Assembly: GCA_937943575.1 (NCBI GenBank)
Contig: CALEAV010000008.1
Location: 76,062 to 140,061, forward strand
Length of the DNA: 64,000 bases
Origin: an uncultured bacterium
Lineage (GTDB): Bacteria; Desulfobacterota; Desulfobaccia; Desulfobaccales; 0-14-0-80-60-11
Direction of reading: 5' to 3'
Notes under the pieces: model-generated
Database searches by the model: none
What the model saw: the letters and a program-made list of their open reading frames with translations, nothing else
What the model was told of the DNA's origin: nothing
Made by a program: the position numbers and the translations under genes
In this document: positions 27,298 through 37,243 of the stretch, piece by piece
Layout of the letters: each line of letters starts with the position of its first letter
Numbering within the stretch: position 1 is the first letter of the stretch

Positions 27298-27930
27298 ATG
27301 GCGCAGATCCTCTATCTCAAGGCCTCACCCCGGGGGGAACGGTCCCACTCCCTGGCCGTGGCCGATACCTTTCTGGCGGCCTACCAGGAGGTGCACCCGC
27401 ACGACACCCTCCAGGCTCTGGACCTTTTTCAGGCCGACCTGCCGGCCTTTGACGGGCTGTTGGTGAACGCCAAGTACAACATCCTCCACGGCCGGCCGCA
27501 CCCCCCGGAGGAGGCCGCCGCCTGGCGGCGGGTGGAGGAGCTCATCGCCCGGTTCATGGCGGCGGACAAGTATGTGCTGGCCACCCCCATGTGGAACTTC
27601 AGCATCCCCTACCGCCTGAAGCAGTACCTGGATATCATCGTGCAGCCCACCTACACCTTCACCTACTCCCCGGAGACCGGCTACCAGGGGCTGGTCACCG
27701 GGAGGCCCATGATGATCATCTGCGCCCGGGGCGGGGCCTATCCCGAGGGCACGCCGGCGGCCGCCTATGACTTGCAAACCCCCTACCTCAAGCTTATTTT
27801 GCAGTTCATCGGGTTCACCGACCTGCGCTGGCTTATCATTGAGCCCACCCTGGAGCAGGGCCCGGAGGCGGCCCAGGAGAAGCGGCGCCAGGCCATGGCC
27901 CGGGCCCGGGAGCTGGCCCGGGAGTTTTGA
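27298..27930 (+). CDS. azoR: FMN-dependent NADH-azoreductase / flavodoxin-like quinone reductase
   Basis: ATG at 27298 (AAAGGAG upstream). MAQILYLKASPRGERSHS..KYVLATPMWNFSIPYRLKQYLDIIVQP.. Confidence 0.8.
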   Translation: MAQILYLKASPRGERSHSLAVADTFLAAYQEVHPHDTLQALDLFQADLPAFDGLLVNAKYNILHGRPHPPEEAAAWRRVEELIARFMAADKYVLATPMWNFSIPYRLKQYLDIIVQPTYTFTYSPETGYQGLVTGRPMMIICARGGAYPEGTPAAAYDLQTPYLKLILQFIGFTDLRWLIIEPTLEQGPEAAQEKRRQAMARARELAREF

Positions 27931-28135
27931 CCGCTGCCGGGGGGGAGGGGCGCCTTTTAAGGCCGGAGTCTCACCGGTGCGAGGAAACCAGGGGCCCCCG
28001 GGAGCGGGCCTCTGGCCCGCAGGCTCTATCAGAGGCCGGAATGAGGAGGGCGCCAAGGGTGCCGGCGGCTGCCTCCCGCGTCCGCCCCGGACTCCGGAAG
28101 GTCAATCCTTGAGACGATAAAGGGAAGGATGGAAG

Positions 28136-28717
28136 ATGAATCTGAAAGGGACACAGACCGAAAAGAACCTGCTCACCGCCTTTGCCGGGGAATCCCAGGC
28201 GCGCAACCGCTACACCTATTATGCCAGCGTCGCCCGCCAGGCCGGGCTGCACTTCATCGCCGCCATCTTCGAGGAGACCGCGGACAACGAAAAGGAGCAT
28301 GCCAAGGTCTTCTTCCAGCACCTCACCCAAGGGGGCGCCGGCCAGGCGGAGATTGCGGCGGGTTATCCCTTCCATCTGGGGGACACCTTAAGCAATCTGG
28401 AGGCGGCGGCGGCGGGAGAGAACTACGAGTGGACCACCATGTACCAGGATTTCGCCCGGGTGGCGGAGGAGGAGGGCTTCCGGGAGGTGGCCATCTCCTT
28501 CCGGGAAATCGCCAAGGTGGAGAAGTTTCATGAAGCCCGCTACCGGGCCCTCATCGACCACCTGAAGAACAACACGCTTTTCAAGCGGCAAGACCCCATC
28601 CGCTGGCACTGCCGCAACTGCGGGTATGTGGTCTGGGGGCACCATCCCCCGGACCTGTGCCCCTCCTGCCGCCACCCCAAGGGGTATTACGAGCCCCTGG
28701 CGGAAAACTACCTCTGA
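28136..28717 (+). CDS. rbr: Rubrerythrin
   Basis: [32 protein letters not shown].. (di-iron four-helix bundle) plus a C-terminal rubredoxin-like CRNCG..CPSC. Confidence 0.9.
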   Translation: MNLKGTQTEKNLLTAFAGESQARNRYTYYASVARQAGLHFIAAIFEETADNEKEHAKVFFQHLTQGGAGQAEIAAGYPFHLGDTLSNLEAAAAGENYEWTTMYQDFARVAEEEGFREVAISFREIAKVEKFHEARYRALIDHLKNNTLFKRQDPIRWHCRNCGYVVWGHHPPDLCPSCRHPKGYYEPLAENYL

Positions 28718-28879
28718 GGCCCGACCAGGACCAAAGGGGTGGGGGACTTTTGCGGGGGCGGCCCGTTGCTCTGGGCCGGAGGGGGAGCCGCCAAGGGCCA
28801 GGCACGAGGGAGGGCACGGGGGCGCAGGACTCATCCCGCCATCTTTTTTCCTGTTCCGTATCGCTGGGGGGCGGCCGGT

Positions 28880-29164
28880 TTACACCAGCCGCACCAGGTA
28901 AGGGGCCTGGAGCCGGTGGGTCTCGGACAGGGCCTCCGGCTCCCGGGCCTTCAGGGCAGTGACCAGGTGCCTCAGCAGGCGCTGGGCCTCCTCCAGATTG
29001 CGGGGCATGAGTTCCTGGGCCCGTTGGTTCTCCTGGGACACCAGGACCAGCATGTCCCGGAAGGTGGGGCCAGCCCCCCGGGAAGGATGGGAGGGGGAGG
29101 AGGTCTGGCACCGGGTGTCGGTGGGTTCTCCTCGCACCAGAGTCAGATGTGGATCGATCTTCAT
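28880..29164 (-). CDS. Hypothetical small protein (94 aa)
   Basis: MKIDPHLTLVRGEPTD..RNLEEAQRLLRHLVTALKAREPEAL. G/C-ending codon usage resembles neighbouring genes. No family recognised. Confidence 0.3.
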   Translation of the reverse strand: MKIDPHLTLVRGEPTDTRCQTSSPSHPSRGAGPTFRDMLVLVSQENQRAQELMPRNLEEAQRLLRHLVTALKAREPEALSETHRLQAPYLVRLV

Positions 29165-29342
29165 AAGGAGCCTGCCCTGTCCCGGTGAAGGTTGCAGACG
29201 GCCGTCCCAGGTGGGGAAGGCCCCCCTGAGTGCACCCGGCCGCAACTTTTTTATCGGCTTTCAGGCGAATTTTCTTTAAAATCCGTGCCAGAAACCGAGG
29301 GCAGGCGGCGGCCGGTGGCCGGCGCACCTCAAGGTTCATGAC

Positions 29343-29939
29343 ATGGCGGCATTTTTCCTCTTCCTGGCCGGAGGTTATCTCGTCGGCGCGGTTCCCACCG
29401 GGTTGGTGGTGGCCCGCCTCCTGGGGGGGCCGGACCCCCGTCAGGCGGGCAGCGGCAATGTGGGGGCGGCCAATCTCTACCGTCTGCTGGGCCCGAAAGC
29501 CGGTGGCCTGACCTTGGCCGGCGACGCCCTCAAGGGCGCCCTGCCGGTGCTTTTGGCCCGCTTGTACCTGACGCCTCTGGGCCCCTGGCAGGAGAGCGCC
29601 GTGGCCGCGGTGGGCCTGGCTGCGCTCGTGGGGCACCTCTGCTCCCTGTTTCTGGGCTTCCGGGGAGGCAAGGGCGTGGCCACCGCCTTCGGGGTGCTGG
29701 CGGTGCTCACCCCCTGGGCCGCGGTCAATCTGCTGGCGGTCTACCTCCTGGCGGTGCACCGCAGCCGGGTCTTCTCCGTGGGGTCGCTGATGGCGGCCTG
29801 GCTGATGCCCCTGGCGGTGGGCCTGTTTTACGACTCCAAGGCTTACCTGCTTATGGCCGGGATTTTCTCCGGCCTCATCCTGGTGCGCCACCGGGACAAT
29901 CTGGAGCGCCTGTTCCGGGGGGAGGAGCCGCAAATTTAG
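29343..29939 (+). CDS. plsY: Glycerol-3-phosphate acyltransferase PlsY
   Basis: YLVGAVPTGLVVARL..GSGNVGAANLYRLLG..DALKG..FLGFRGGKGVATAFG. Confidence 0.9.
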   Translation: MAAFFLFLAGGYLVGAVPTGLVVARLLGGPDPRQAGSGNVGAANLYRLLGPKAGGLTLAGDALKGALPVLLARLYLTPLGPWQESAVAAVGLAALVGHLCSLFLGFRGGKGVATAFGVLAVLTPWAAVNLLAVYLLAVHRSRVFSVGSLMAAWLMPLAVGLFYDSKAYLLMAGIFSGLILVRHRDNLERLFRGEEPQI

Positions 29940-29980
29940 GGGCTGTCGCCTCCCCGGGAGCCTTCGCTGCGGAGACTGCG

Positions 29981-30643
29981 ATGCTGGTCAAGGACTGGAT
30001 GACCAAAAACCCGGTGACCATCACCGATGACACCTCCATGATGAAGGCCATCCACCTCATGAAGCAGCACCGCTTCCGGCGGCTGCCGGTGATGCACGGG
30101 GGCGAGCTGGTGGGGGTGGTGACGGACCGGGACCTGAAGGAGGCCTCCCCTTCCAAGGCCACCACCCTGGATGTGCATGAGCTCTACTACCTTTTGGCGG
30201 AGCTGCAGGTCAAGGAGATCATGAGCCGCAACCCCATCACCGTGCGGGAGGACGACACGGTGGAGCATGCCGCCCAGCTCATGCTGGAGCACACCATCTC
30301 CGGGCTGCCGGTGGTGAATGCCGAGGGGCGGCTCACGGGCATCATCACCCAGTCGGATGTCTTTCGGGCCTTCATGCACATCACCGGCATCCAGCAGGGC
30401 GGGGTACAGTTCGCCCTGCGGCTGGAGGACCAGCCGGGGCTCATCAAGGAGGTGGTGGACCTGCTCCGCGGCCGGGGCGCCCGCTTCATCAGCCTCCTCA
30501 CCTCCACCGTCGCCTCGGAGGAGGGCTACCGGGAGGTGTATATCCGGGTGAAGAACCTGCCGCCCCAGGAGGTGGCCGCCGCCCGGGAGGAGCTGGCCCG
30601 GCGCTTCACCGTGCTCCACGTCATCGACGACACCGCCCGCTGA
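29981..30643 (+). CDS. CBS-pair plus ACT domain protein (AcuB-like)
   Basis: Two CBS motifs (MTKNPVTITDDTSM..LPVMHGGELVGVVTDRDL and MSRNPITVREDDTV..LPVVNAEGRLTGIITQSDV), then an ACT-like tail. Confidence 0.8.
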   Translation: MLVKDWMTKNPVTITDDTSMMKAIHLMKQHRFRRLPVMHGGELVGVVTDRDLKEASPSKATTLDVHELYYLLAELQVKEIMSRNPITVREDDTVEHAAQLMLEHTISGLPVVNAEGRLTGIITQSDVFRAFMHITGIQQGGVQFALRLEDQPGLIKEVVDLLRGRGARFISLLTSTVASEEGYREVYIRVKNLPPQEVAAAREELARRFTVLHVIDDTAR

Positions 30644-30822
30644 GGGAGCCCCATTCCCCTCTGACCCCCCCGCCCTTGAGGCCCTTTGCCGAGGGCTTCC
30701 GGGAAAGGGGCCCAAGAGCCCCCGGCCCCTTTGTCCCCTTCCCTCTCCGGCCCACCATGGAGGCAGCGGCAGGGGAGGCGGTGAGGCCCCCGGCCGCGGG
30801 GCCCCTTCGCAGAAGAGGCCCG

Positions 30823-31608
30823 TCAGGCGGGGGCGCCGGCCGGGTCGCCGGTTTTCCGGAAGACCACCCAGAGGTTGGGGGAAAAACGCGGGGTGTCAAT
30901 GTCCAGGCGGTCCACCGCCAGGGCCGCCAGGTTGTTCAGGGCGCACCACACAAGGAGCAGGGGCAGCAGCAGGCCCGCCAGGACCGCAGCCAGGGCGCTG
31001 CGGCGGCTGAGGCGGGCCAGTCCCGAGAAGGCCCAGTTGTGGATGAGCTGCACCACCGCGGTGCCCACCCCGCCCTGATAGCGCAGGGTCTCCACCTGCA
31101 ATCCCGCCCGCCCCAGCAACTCCTGCAGGCCGAAGGGGGAGTAGCGGAAAAAGTCATACGGCCCCACATGCACATTGTAGATGAAGGGCACCGACAGGAT
31201 GCCGGTACCGCCGGGCTTGAGCACCCGGGAGATCTCTTGGAGGACGGTCTCCGGCTGATTGACATGCTCCAGGACCTGGGAGCACAGGACCGCATCGAAG
31301 CTCCCGTCGGCAAAGGGCAGGCGCCGGGCGTCGCCGTAGACCTCGGGGCGGGCCTGGAAATCCTGCAGGGCCTGGGTCACCGGGTAATCCAGCCCCACAT
31401 AGCGGGTGACCTGGGGGAGATGCGGCCGGTAGGGCTGGTTGCCGCAGCCCACGTCCAGCAGGCGGCCCTGCAGCCGGGGGGCGTCGGCCTTGAGGTGCCG
31501 CCGGAAGTAGTGGGAGGGCAGGAACTGGAAGTGCAGCAGATTGGCGCTGAGCTCCTGCCCGCAGATCCAGCCATAAAGACGCGGCATCAGGCTGGCAAGT
31601 TTCCGCAT
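30823..31608 (-). CDS. Class I SAM-dependent methyltransferase with C-terminal membrane segment
   Basis: LLDVGCGNQPY (motif I), ..DAVLCSQVLEHV.., LKPGGTGILSVP. A hydrophobic C-terminal stretch follows. This is the last gene of the polysaccharide operon. Confidence 0.75.
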   Translation of the reverse strand: MRKLASLMPRLYGWICGQELSANLLHFQFLPSHYFRRHLKADAPRLQGRLLDVGCGNQPYRPHLPQVTRYVGLDYPVTQALQDFQARPEVYGDARRLPFADGSFDAVLCSQVLEHVNQPETVLQEISRVLKPGGTGILSVPFIYNVHVGPYDFFRYSPFGLQELLGRAGLQVETLRYQGGVGTAVVQLIHNWAFSGLARLSRRSALAAVLAGLLLPLLLVWCALNNLAALAVDRLDIDTPRFSPNLWVVFRKTGDPAGAPA

Positions 31609-31611
31609 GCC

Positions 31612-33546
31612 TCACCCTCCTAAGGCCTGCCGGCACCATTCGTCCAGCACCAGCAGGCGCCAGAGGTCTTCGCTGAGATCCTGCTGGCCCCCCAAAAATC
31701 GTCCGAGCAACGCCGCCACCGCCTCCCGCTGACAGAGGTGATATAAGGGGGCGGCGGCCGTAAGCAGGCGCTCTTTCAAGATGGCGGCCACATCCCCCTT
31801 GAGCCAGCGGCGCAGGGGCATCTGGAAGCCGTTTTTGGGCCGCTCCACAAACTCCGGCCCCAGGTCCGCCGTCAGGAGGCGCCGGATGAGGACTTTCTGC
31901 CGCCGGCCGTCGTATTTCAGGCTCGGAGGCAGCCTCAGGGCCAGCTCCACCAGCCGGTGGTCCAACAGCGGGCAGCGCAGCTCCAGGGAGGCAGCCATGG
32001 AGGCCCGGTCGGCCTTGACCAGGATATCCTCCGGCAGATAGGTGAGGAGGTCCACATACTGGAGGCGGGTGAGGAAATCCCGGGGGCCGGCCTCCCAGGC
32101 GGCGGTGAAATGATGATGGACGGCCGGCAGCTCTTCCGGGGAAGGCCGCACCTCCGGGCGCAGCAGGCCGAGGCCGGGGTCCCGGGAGACGATGGCCCGG
32201 TAGAGGTTATCGCTGCCGGCGGCCCGCTGCCAGAAGCTCTTCCCCCGGAGCCGGGCGGGCCAGGCCAGGGCCAGCAGGCCCAGGAGAGGCCGCCGGAGCC
32301 ATGGCGGCAGCGGCCCCCACAGGCTTTCCAGGCGGGAGGCGTGGTGGTAGCGGCGGTAGCCCGCCAGGATCTCATCCCCGCCGTCCCCGGACAGGGCCAC
32401 GGTCACCCGGCGCCGGGCCAGACGGGAGACGATCCAGGTGGGGAGGGCCGAGGAGTCGGCAAAGGGCTCGTCGAACTGGCGCACCACCTCGGGCAGGAGA
32501 GCCAGGGCGTCGGGGCTCACCACCTCCTCGGTATGATCCGTATGATAACGGGCCGTGACCCGCCGGGCCCAGGGGAGCTCGTTGGCCTCGGCTTCCGGAA
32601 AGCCGATGGCGAAGGTGCGGAGCGGGCCGGCCCCCAGACGGTGCATCTCCCGCACCACCACCGTGGAATCCAGCCCTCCCGAGGAGAAGGCGCCCAGGGG
32701 CACGTCGCTCACCAGGCGCAGGCGCACCGCCTCGCTGAGCTCCGCTTCGAACTCCTCCTGCCAAGCCCCCGGAGACTCTGCGGGTTCCGCCGCGGGCGGC
32801 TGCCAGTAGCGCCGGAGCTGCACCTCCCCCGGTCGGTTGAGATCCACCCAGGCCAGGTGGCCCGGGGGCAGTTTGGCCAGGCCCCGGTAGATGGTGTGCG
32901 GGGAGGGGATGTAGCCATAGAGCAGATATTGCCCCAGGGCCACCCGGTCCAGCTCCCGGGGCACCGCCGGGTCTGCCAGGATCGCCTTGAGCTCCGAGGC
33001 AAATTGCAGGCCCCGGGAAGTAGCATAGTAATAGAGGGGCTTTTTCCCCAGCCGGTCCCGGGCCAGAAACAGGCGCCGCTCGTGGAGATCCAGGATGGCG
33101 AAGGCGAACATCCCTCGGAAGAGCTGCAGGCAGTCCTCCCCCCAGTGGGCGAAGGCATGGAGCAGCACCTCGGTGTCGGAGTTGGCGGTGCGGAAGGTGA
33201 CGCCCGCCGCGGCCAGTTGCCGTCTCAGGTCACGATAGTTGTAGATTTCGCCGTTAAAGGTGATCCAGAAGCGACCCTGTGCCGCCGCCATGGGTTGGGA
33301 GGCGGCCGCGGACAGGTCCAGCACGGAAAGGCGCCGGTGCCCCAGAAACAGGTCCCAGGGGTGGGGAGGGGGCGCCAGGCCGTCCCCTTCCCGGCACAGG
33401 TGTGCCGCCCCGGTCCGGGAACAGGCCCACAGATACCCCCCTGCGTCCGGCCCCCGGTGCCTGAGGGTATCGGTCTGGCGCCGGCAGAGCTCCGGGGGCA
33501 CCGGCCCGGTCCCGGGGGAGTTTATGCGGCCGAATATACCGCACAT
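31612..33546 (-). CDS. asnB: Asparagine synthase (glutamine-hydrolysing) family amidotransferase
   Basis: MCGIFG (Cys2 nucleophile), ..FNGEIYNY.., and the PP-loop FSSGGLDST. Confidence 0.9.
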   Translation of the reverse strand: MCGIFGRINSPGTGPVPPELCRRQTDTLRHRGPDAGGYLWACSRTGAAHLCREGDGLAPPPHPWDLFLGHRRLSVLDLSAAASQPMAAAQGRFWITFNGEIYNYRDLRRQLAAAGVTFRTANSDTEVLLHAFAHWGEDCLQLFRGMFAFAILDLHERRLFLARDRLGKKPLYYYATSRGLQFASELKAILADPAVPRELDRVALGQYLLYGYIPSPHTIYRGLAKLPPGHLAWVDLNRPGEVQLRRYWQPPAAEPAESPGAWQEEFEAELSEAVRLRLVSDVPLGAFSSGGLDSTVVVREMHRLGAGPLRTFAIGFPEAEANELPWARRVTARYHTDHTEEVVSPDALALLPEVVRQFDEPFADSSALPTWIVSRLARRRVTVALSGDGGDEILAGYRRYHHASRLESLWGPLPPWLRRPLLGLLALAWPARLRGKSFWQRAAGSDNLYRAIVSRDPGLGLLRPEVRPSPEELPAVHHHFTAAWEAGPRDFLTRLQYVDLLTYLPEDILVKADRASMAASLELRCPLLDHRLVELALRLPPSLKYDGRRQKVLIRRLLTADLGPEFVERPKNGFQMPLRRWLKGDVAAILKERLLTAAAPLYHLCQREAVAALLGRFLGGQQDLSEDLWRLLVLDEWCRQALGG

Positions 33547-35078
33547 GGCTGGGCCTCCAGAATCGCCTCCGGCGCCGCCAGTCCCCGATGCTGAAGTATC
33601 TCCCGGCGCCGGGTCCAGAACCCGGTCTCCTCCTGGTGCAAAGCCACCAGGGCCCCAAACTCCGCCAAGACCTCCGGGGCCAGCCCGGGACGCAGGTCGG
33701 TCTGTTCCTCCGGATCTTTCTTCAGGTCATAGATTTCCAGTGCCCCATCCCAGCGTTCCAGGATTTTGAGGCCGTTATCCAAAAAGAGGGCGAAGCGGGA
33801 AGGGGAGAAGGTCTCCCGGGCCAGGGAAGCCTGCCGGGCCCGGTGCTGCCACCGGCTGAGCCACATCTCCGGGTAGAGGAGCTGGGCCACAGCGGCAGTC
33901 CGGGAGGGCGGCTCCAGGAGGGACGATGAGGTGGCCGGGCGGGGCAGGGGGCTGTCCACCAGGTCCAGCACCGTGGCGTAGAGGTCAGTGAGCGACACCA
34001 GGCGGTTATCCGTGCCCGGCGCCGCCCAGCCCCGGGGGTAGCGGATGAGGAGGGGCACCCAGAGCAGTTCGTTGTAAAGCGAGAGGATATGGGTGTAATG
34101 CCCCTTTTCGCCCAGGTGCTCGCCGTGGTCGGAGGTGATGATGACCGCGGTGTTCTCAAAAGCGGGGGACTGCCGCAGGGTGCGCCACAGACGGCCCAGC
34201 AGGTCATCCTGATACAGGACTTCGTCGTCATAAAGGTTGCGGTAGGTCGTCACCAGCTGCGCCGTTTCCGGATCCGGCGGCCGGCGATAGAAGCGCTGGG
34301 GGTCCACCCAGGCCCGGTCCCGCCAGCGGGAGAAGCGTCGCCAGCGCAGGGGTGGCCGGTAGGTCTGGTGCGCCTCCATGAGATTGATGAACAGAAAGAA
34401 GGGCTGCTCCGGCTCCCGGGCGAGGCGGGGCAGGGTGCGGCGGACCCACGCCAGGGTCTTTTCGGTGTAACCGGCGGATTTGGCCACCGGGCTGGGGTGC
34501 CAGAAGTCTTGGAGCAGCCGCCGGGCCAGGTGCCGGGCGGTGCGGCTGAGCTGCCCCACCCCGCCGGTCTCCTTCAGGTAGGTGAGGGTGAGGGCCACGG
34601 CCTCCCGCAGGGTCAACGCCTGTTTCAGCCGGCGGCCCAGCTCGCCGGTGTCTTTCTGGGCCTCCCCGGTAAAATTATGGAAAAACCGGTGCAGGTCGTG
34701 GCGGCCGAAATCGACGAACTCATCAAAGGCACCGCACAGGCCGGTGGCGGGGCTCACCAGGCCGTTGGAGGAGATGCCCAGGGTGCGGTAGCCGGCCATC
34801 TTGAGCACCGCAGTGAGGTGCTGCAGGTTGTCCCCGATAAGGAAACTGCCCTCGCAGGCGCCATGCTGGCTGGGGTAGAGGCCGGTGAACAGGGAGCCAT
34901 GGGAGGGCACGGTCCAGCAGCCCGGGGCATAGCAGCGGCTGTAAACCCGGCAGTCATCGGCCAGGCGCTCCATCTGGGGGCTGGTGGGCCGGGGATAGCC
35001 ATACAGCGACAGATGCCGGGCCCCGGTGGTGTCCAGCACAATCAGGATGATGTGGGGCGGACGGGCGGAACGGGTCAT
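33522..35078 (-). CDS. Sulfatase-like hydrolase/transferase (alkaline phosphatase superfamily)
   Basis: Start moved to the ATG at 35078 (ATGA overlap with the upstream stop). PHIILIVLDTTGARHLSLYGYPRPTSPQMERLA..CWTVPSHGSLFTGLYPSQHG..IITSDHGEHLGE. The canonical sulfatase C-x-P-x-R motif is not present. Confidence 0.75.
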   Translation of the reverse strand: MTRSARPPHIILIVLDTTGARHLSLYGYPRPTSPQMERLADDCRVYSRCYAPGCWTVPSHGSLFTGLYPSQHGACEGSFLIGDNLQHLTAVLKMAGYRTLGISSNGLVSPATGLCGAFDEFVDFGRHDLHRFFHNFTGEAQKDTGELGRRLKQALTLREAVALTLTYLKETGGVGQLSRTARHLARRLLQDFWHPSPVAKSAGYTEKTLAWVRRTLPRLAREPEQPFFLFINLMEAHQTYRPPLRWRRFSRWRDRAWVDPQRFYRRPPDPETAQLVTTYRNLYDDEVLYQDDLLGRLWRTLRQSPAFENTAVIITSDHGEHLGEKGHYTHILSLYNELLWVPLLIRYPRGWAAPGTDNRLVSLTDLYATVLDLVDSPLPRPATSSSLLEPPSRTAAVAQLLYPEMWLSRWQHRARQASLARETFSPSRFALFLDNGLKILERWDGALEIYDLKKDPEEQTDLRPGLAPEVLAEFGALVALHQEETGFWTRRREILQHRGLAAPEAILEAQPCAVYSAA

Positions 35079-36550
35079 GCGCTTCCCTCCTCCATCGGTC
35101 TCTCCAGGAGCAGCATCATTTCCTGCAGGACCGGTCTGACGGTGAGGCACAGGTAGGTGAAGCCAAAAAGGAGGCTGGCGGCCACCGGTCCCAGAGGATT
35201 CAGGGCCAGGGTGAAGATGCCGGCGGCCGCCGCGCCCCCCAGATGAGCCGGGACGAGGTCCCGGGCAAAGATGATCAGCCCCAGGCGGCGATAGACCGCC
35301 CAACTCATCGCCAGATTGACTCCCGCCAGCCAGACGGCCTTGGCGGCGGCCAGACCGGTGAGCCCCCCCAGAGCGGCTCCCAGGGCCAAAAGGGGCAGGC
35401 CCCCTGCGGCCGCCAGGGCCAGGAGGCGGGTCAGCACCCCTTGGTGGCCGGTCATGGCCAGCAGAAACCCCACCGATCCGCAGGCCACGTTCACCAGCTG
35501 GGCCAGGGCCAGGAGCCGGAGCGCCAGGGCTGCGGCCTCAAAACCTGCTCCGAACCAGCCCAGCAGCCGGGGGGCGAGGAGGAGGCAGCCCAGGGTCAAA
35601 GGCAGGGCCAGGTAGTAGGTCCAGCGGGAGGCGGCCCGGCCGAGATCCTCCAGCTGGCGGCGATCCCCCAGCTGATGGAGGCGGCTGAAGAGGGGGGGCA
35701 GCACCGCATTGATGGCGATGAGGGGCAGGCTCACCAACAGGGCAGTCTTGTTGGCGGCCTCAAAGTAGGCCACCTGGGCCGGGGGCTGAAACCACCCCAG
35801 GAGCAGGCTGTCCAGGGAACCGAAGGCCAGCCACACCAGGGCGCTCAGGTACAAGGGGGCGCTGTAGCGCAGCAGGGCCCCGAAGTGGCGGCCCTGCCCC
35901 TGCCCTCCGGGACGCTGCCGCAGGCCTTTCAGAAGCCGGGCGGCGATCAGGGAGCCTGCGGCCAGGTGGCTGAGGCAGAGCGCCAGCCCCAGGACGGCCA
36001 CGGCTGTGGCCCCCGCCCCCCCCGCCAAGGCCCAGATCAGAATCAGAAAGAGGAAGGGGAAGAGTCCGTCCTGACTGAGGACCACCCAGCGCGGCCCCAC
36101 CAGGGCCCGCAGGGCTTCGGCGCAGATCCCCATCCCGGTGGTGAAGGGCAGGAGGAGCGCCACCCAGGGGAGCAGGGTCAGAAGCAGGGGGGCCTGGAAG
36201 CGCCCGGCCAGCCAGTCCCCGGCCAGCCAGAGCCCGCCCCCGGCCGCGATCCCCATGCCGCATCCGATCCCCAGTGCCGGGGCCAACAGGGCCAGGAGAC
36301 GGCCCCGGGCGGCCTCCGGACCCCCGGCGGCAAAGAACCGCAGGATGCCGGTATCCAGGCCCAGGCGGCAGACAACCGCCAGTGTGGAAAGGAGGTAAAG
36401 CCCCAGGGTGTAGGTGCCCAGGACCTCGGCCCCATACAGCCGGGCCAGGAGAATCAGGGCATAATACCCCAGCGGCAGACTGAGGACCTTGACCGTGAAC
36501 GCCAGCAGGGAGTCCGCCGCCAGGGTGCGCAACAGGGGAGAAGGCGCCAT
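35075..36550 (-). CDS. Polysaccharide/oligosaccharide flippase (Wzx-like, MOP superfamily)
   Basis: 491 aa, polytopic, with about 12-14 hydrophobic segments. N-terminus ..LAFTVKVLSLPLGYYALILLARLYGAEVLG is typical of polysaccharide biosynthesis (Wzx) proteins. Confidence 0.7.
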   Translation of the reverse strand: MAPSPLLRTLAADSLLAFTVKVLSLPLGYYALILLARLYGAEVLGTYTLGLYLLSTLAVVCRLGLDTGILRFFAAGGPEAARGRLLALLAPALGIGCGMGIAAGGGLWLAGDWLAGRFQAPLLLTLLPWVALLLPFTTGMGICAEALRALVGPRWVVLSQDGLFPFLFLILIWALAGGAGATAVAVLGLALCLSHLAAGSLIAARLLKGLRQRPGGQGQGRHFGALLRYSAPLYLSALVWLAFGSLDSLLLGWFQPPAQVAYFEAANKTALLVSLPLIAINAVLPPLFSRLHQLGDRRQLEDLGRAASRWTYYLALPLTLGCLLLAPRLLGWFGAGFEAAALALRLLALAQLVNVACGSVGFLLAMTGHQGVLTRLLALAAAGGLPLLALGAALGGLTGLAAAKAVWLAGVNLAMSWAVYRRLGLIIFARDLVPAHLGGAAAAGIFTLALNPLGPVAASLLFGFTYLCLTVRPVLQEMMLLLERPMEEGSA

Positions 36551-37243
36551 CTAAAAATATCCCATGGCCCGCAGGCGCTTCATGATCTCTTCTTTTTTGG
36601 GATTCCGGCCCGCCCGTTCGGCCCCGCCCACGATGCCCCGCTGGGTGCAGGGGGCACAGCCCAGACTCCGGTATCCTTGGCGATAGAGCGGGCAGAAAGG
36701 CAGGTCAAAAGTCTTCTGGTAGGCCCAGATGTCCAGCTCGGTGAAATGCAAAATGGGGTGGACCCGCACATGCTGGGGCTCGAGGCGGGGGGCAAAATAG
36801 TCTTCCTGCCGCCGGTCGGGCTGCTCGTCCCAGCGCATCCCGGTGATGAGGGCCTGCCAGCCGTGGTCCTCGATGGCCCGGGCAATCACCCGGGTCTTCA
36901 GCAGGGTGCAGCACTCCTCCTGGTCGGCCGCGATGCGGATAGTGCGGATGGCCTCCTCATTGCGGGCGATGATGAGGTTCAGCCCCCACTCCTGGGCCAG
37001 CCGGTCCCGGAAGGCATAGATCTCCGGGAACTTGACGCTGGTGTCGATGTTCAGCACCGGGATGGGCACCCGGCCGCCGCCGAGGTCCCTCAACAGGTGC
37101 AGGATGGTGGTGGAGTCCTTGCCCCCGGTCCAGGCCAGGGCGATGGCGCCTTCGAAACGGGTGAGGGCCTCTTCCAGGATTTCCCGGCTCAGCCGGACCT
37201 TTTCTTCCAAACCGTTGGAGTTCATGGGTGCTCCTTTGCTCAC
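36551..37243 (-). CDS. PAPS/APS reductase family protein (PP-loop)
   Basis: ..AIALAWTGGKDSTTILHLL (PP-loop SGGKDS-like), ..ITGMRWDEQPDR.., ..YRSLGCAPCT. The CysH ECGLH tail is absent. Confidence 0.7.
   Translation of the reverse strand: MSKGAPMNSNGLEEKVRLSREILEEALTRFEGAIALAWTGGKDSTTILHLLRDLGGGRVPIPVLNIDTSVKFPEIYAFRDRLAQEWGLNLIIARNEEAIRTIRIAADQEECCTLLKTRVIARAIEDHGWQALITGMRWDEQPDRRQEDYFAPRLEPQHVRVHPILHFTELDIWAYQKTFDLPFCPLYRQGYRSLGCAPCTQRGIVGGAERAGRNPKKEEIMKRLRAMGYF

Noticed and set aside
33522-35303. Long N-terminal extensions of track ORFs (33522-35303, 22327, 24685, 27277, 39681, 52789, 54248, 57229-58173, 58174, 5225, 19814, TTG 61188).
   Set aside because: The extensions are Pro/Gly/Arg-rich, overlap upstream genes and lack an RBS. 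In-frame internal ATG/GTG codons with Shine-Dalgarno sequences, or ATGA coupling, give N-termini that match the expected family starts or signal peptides.
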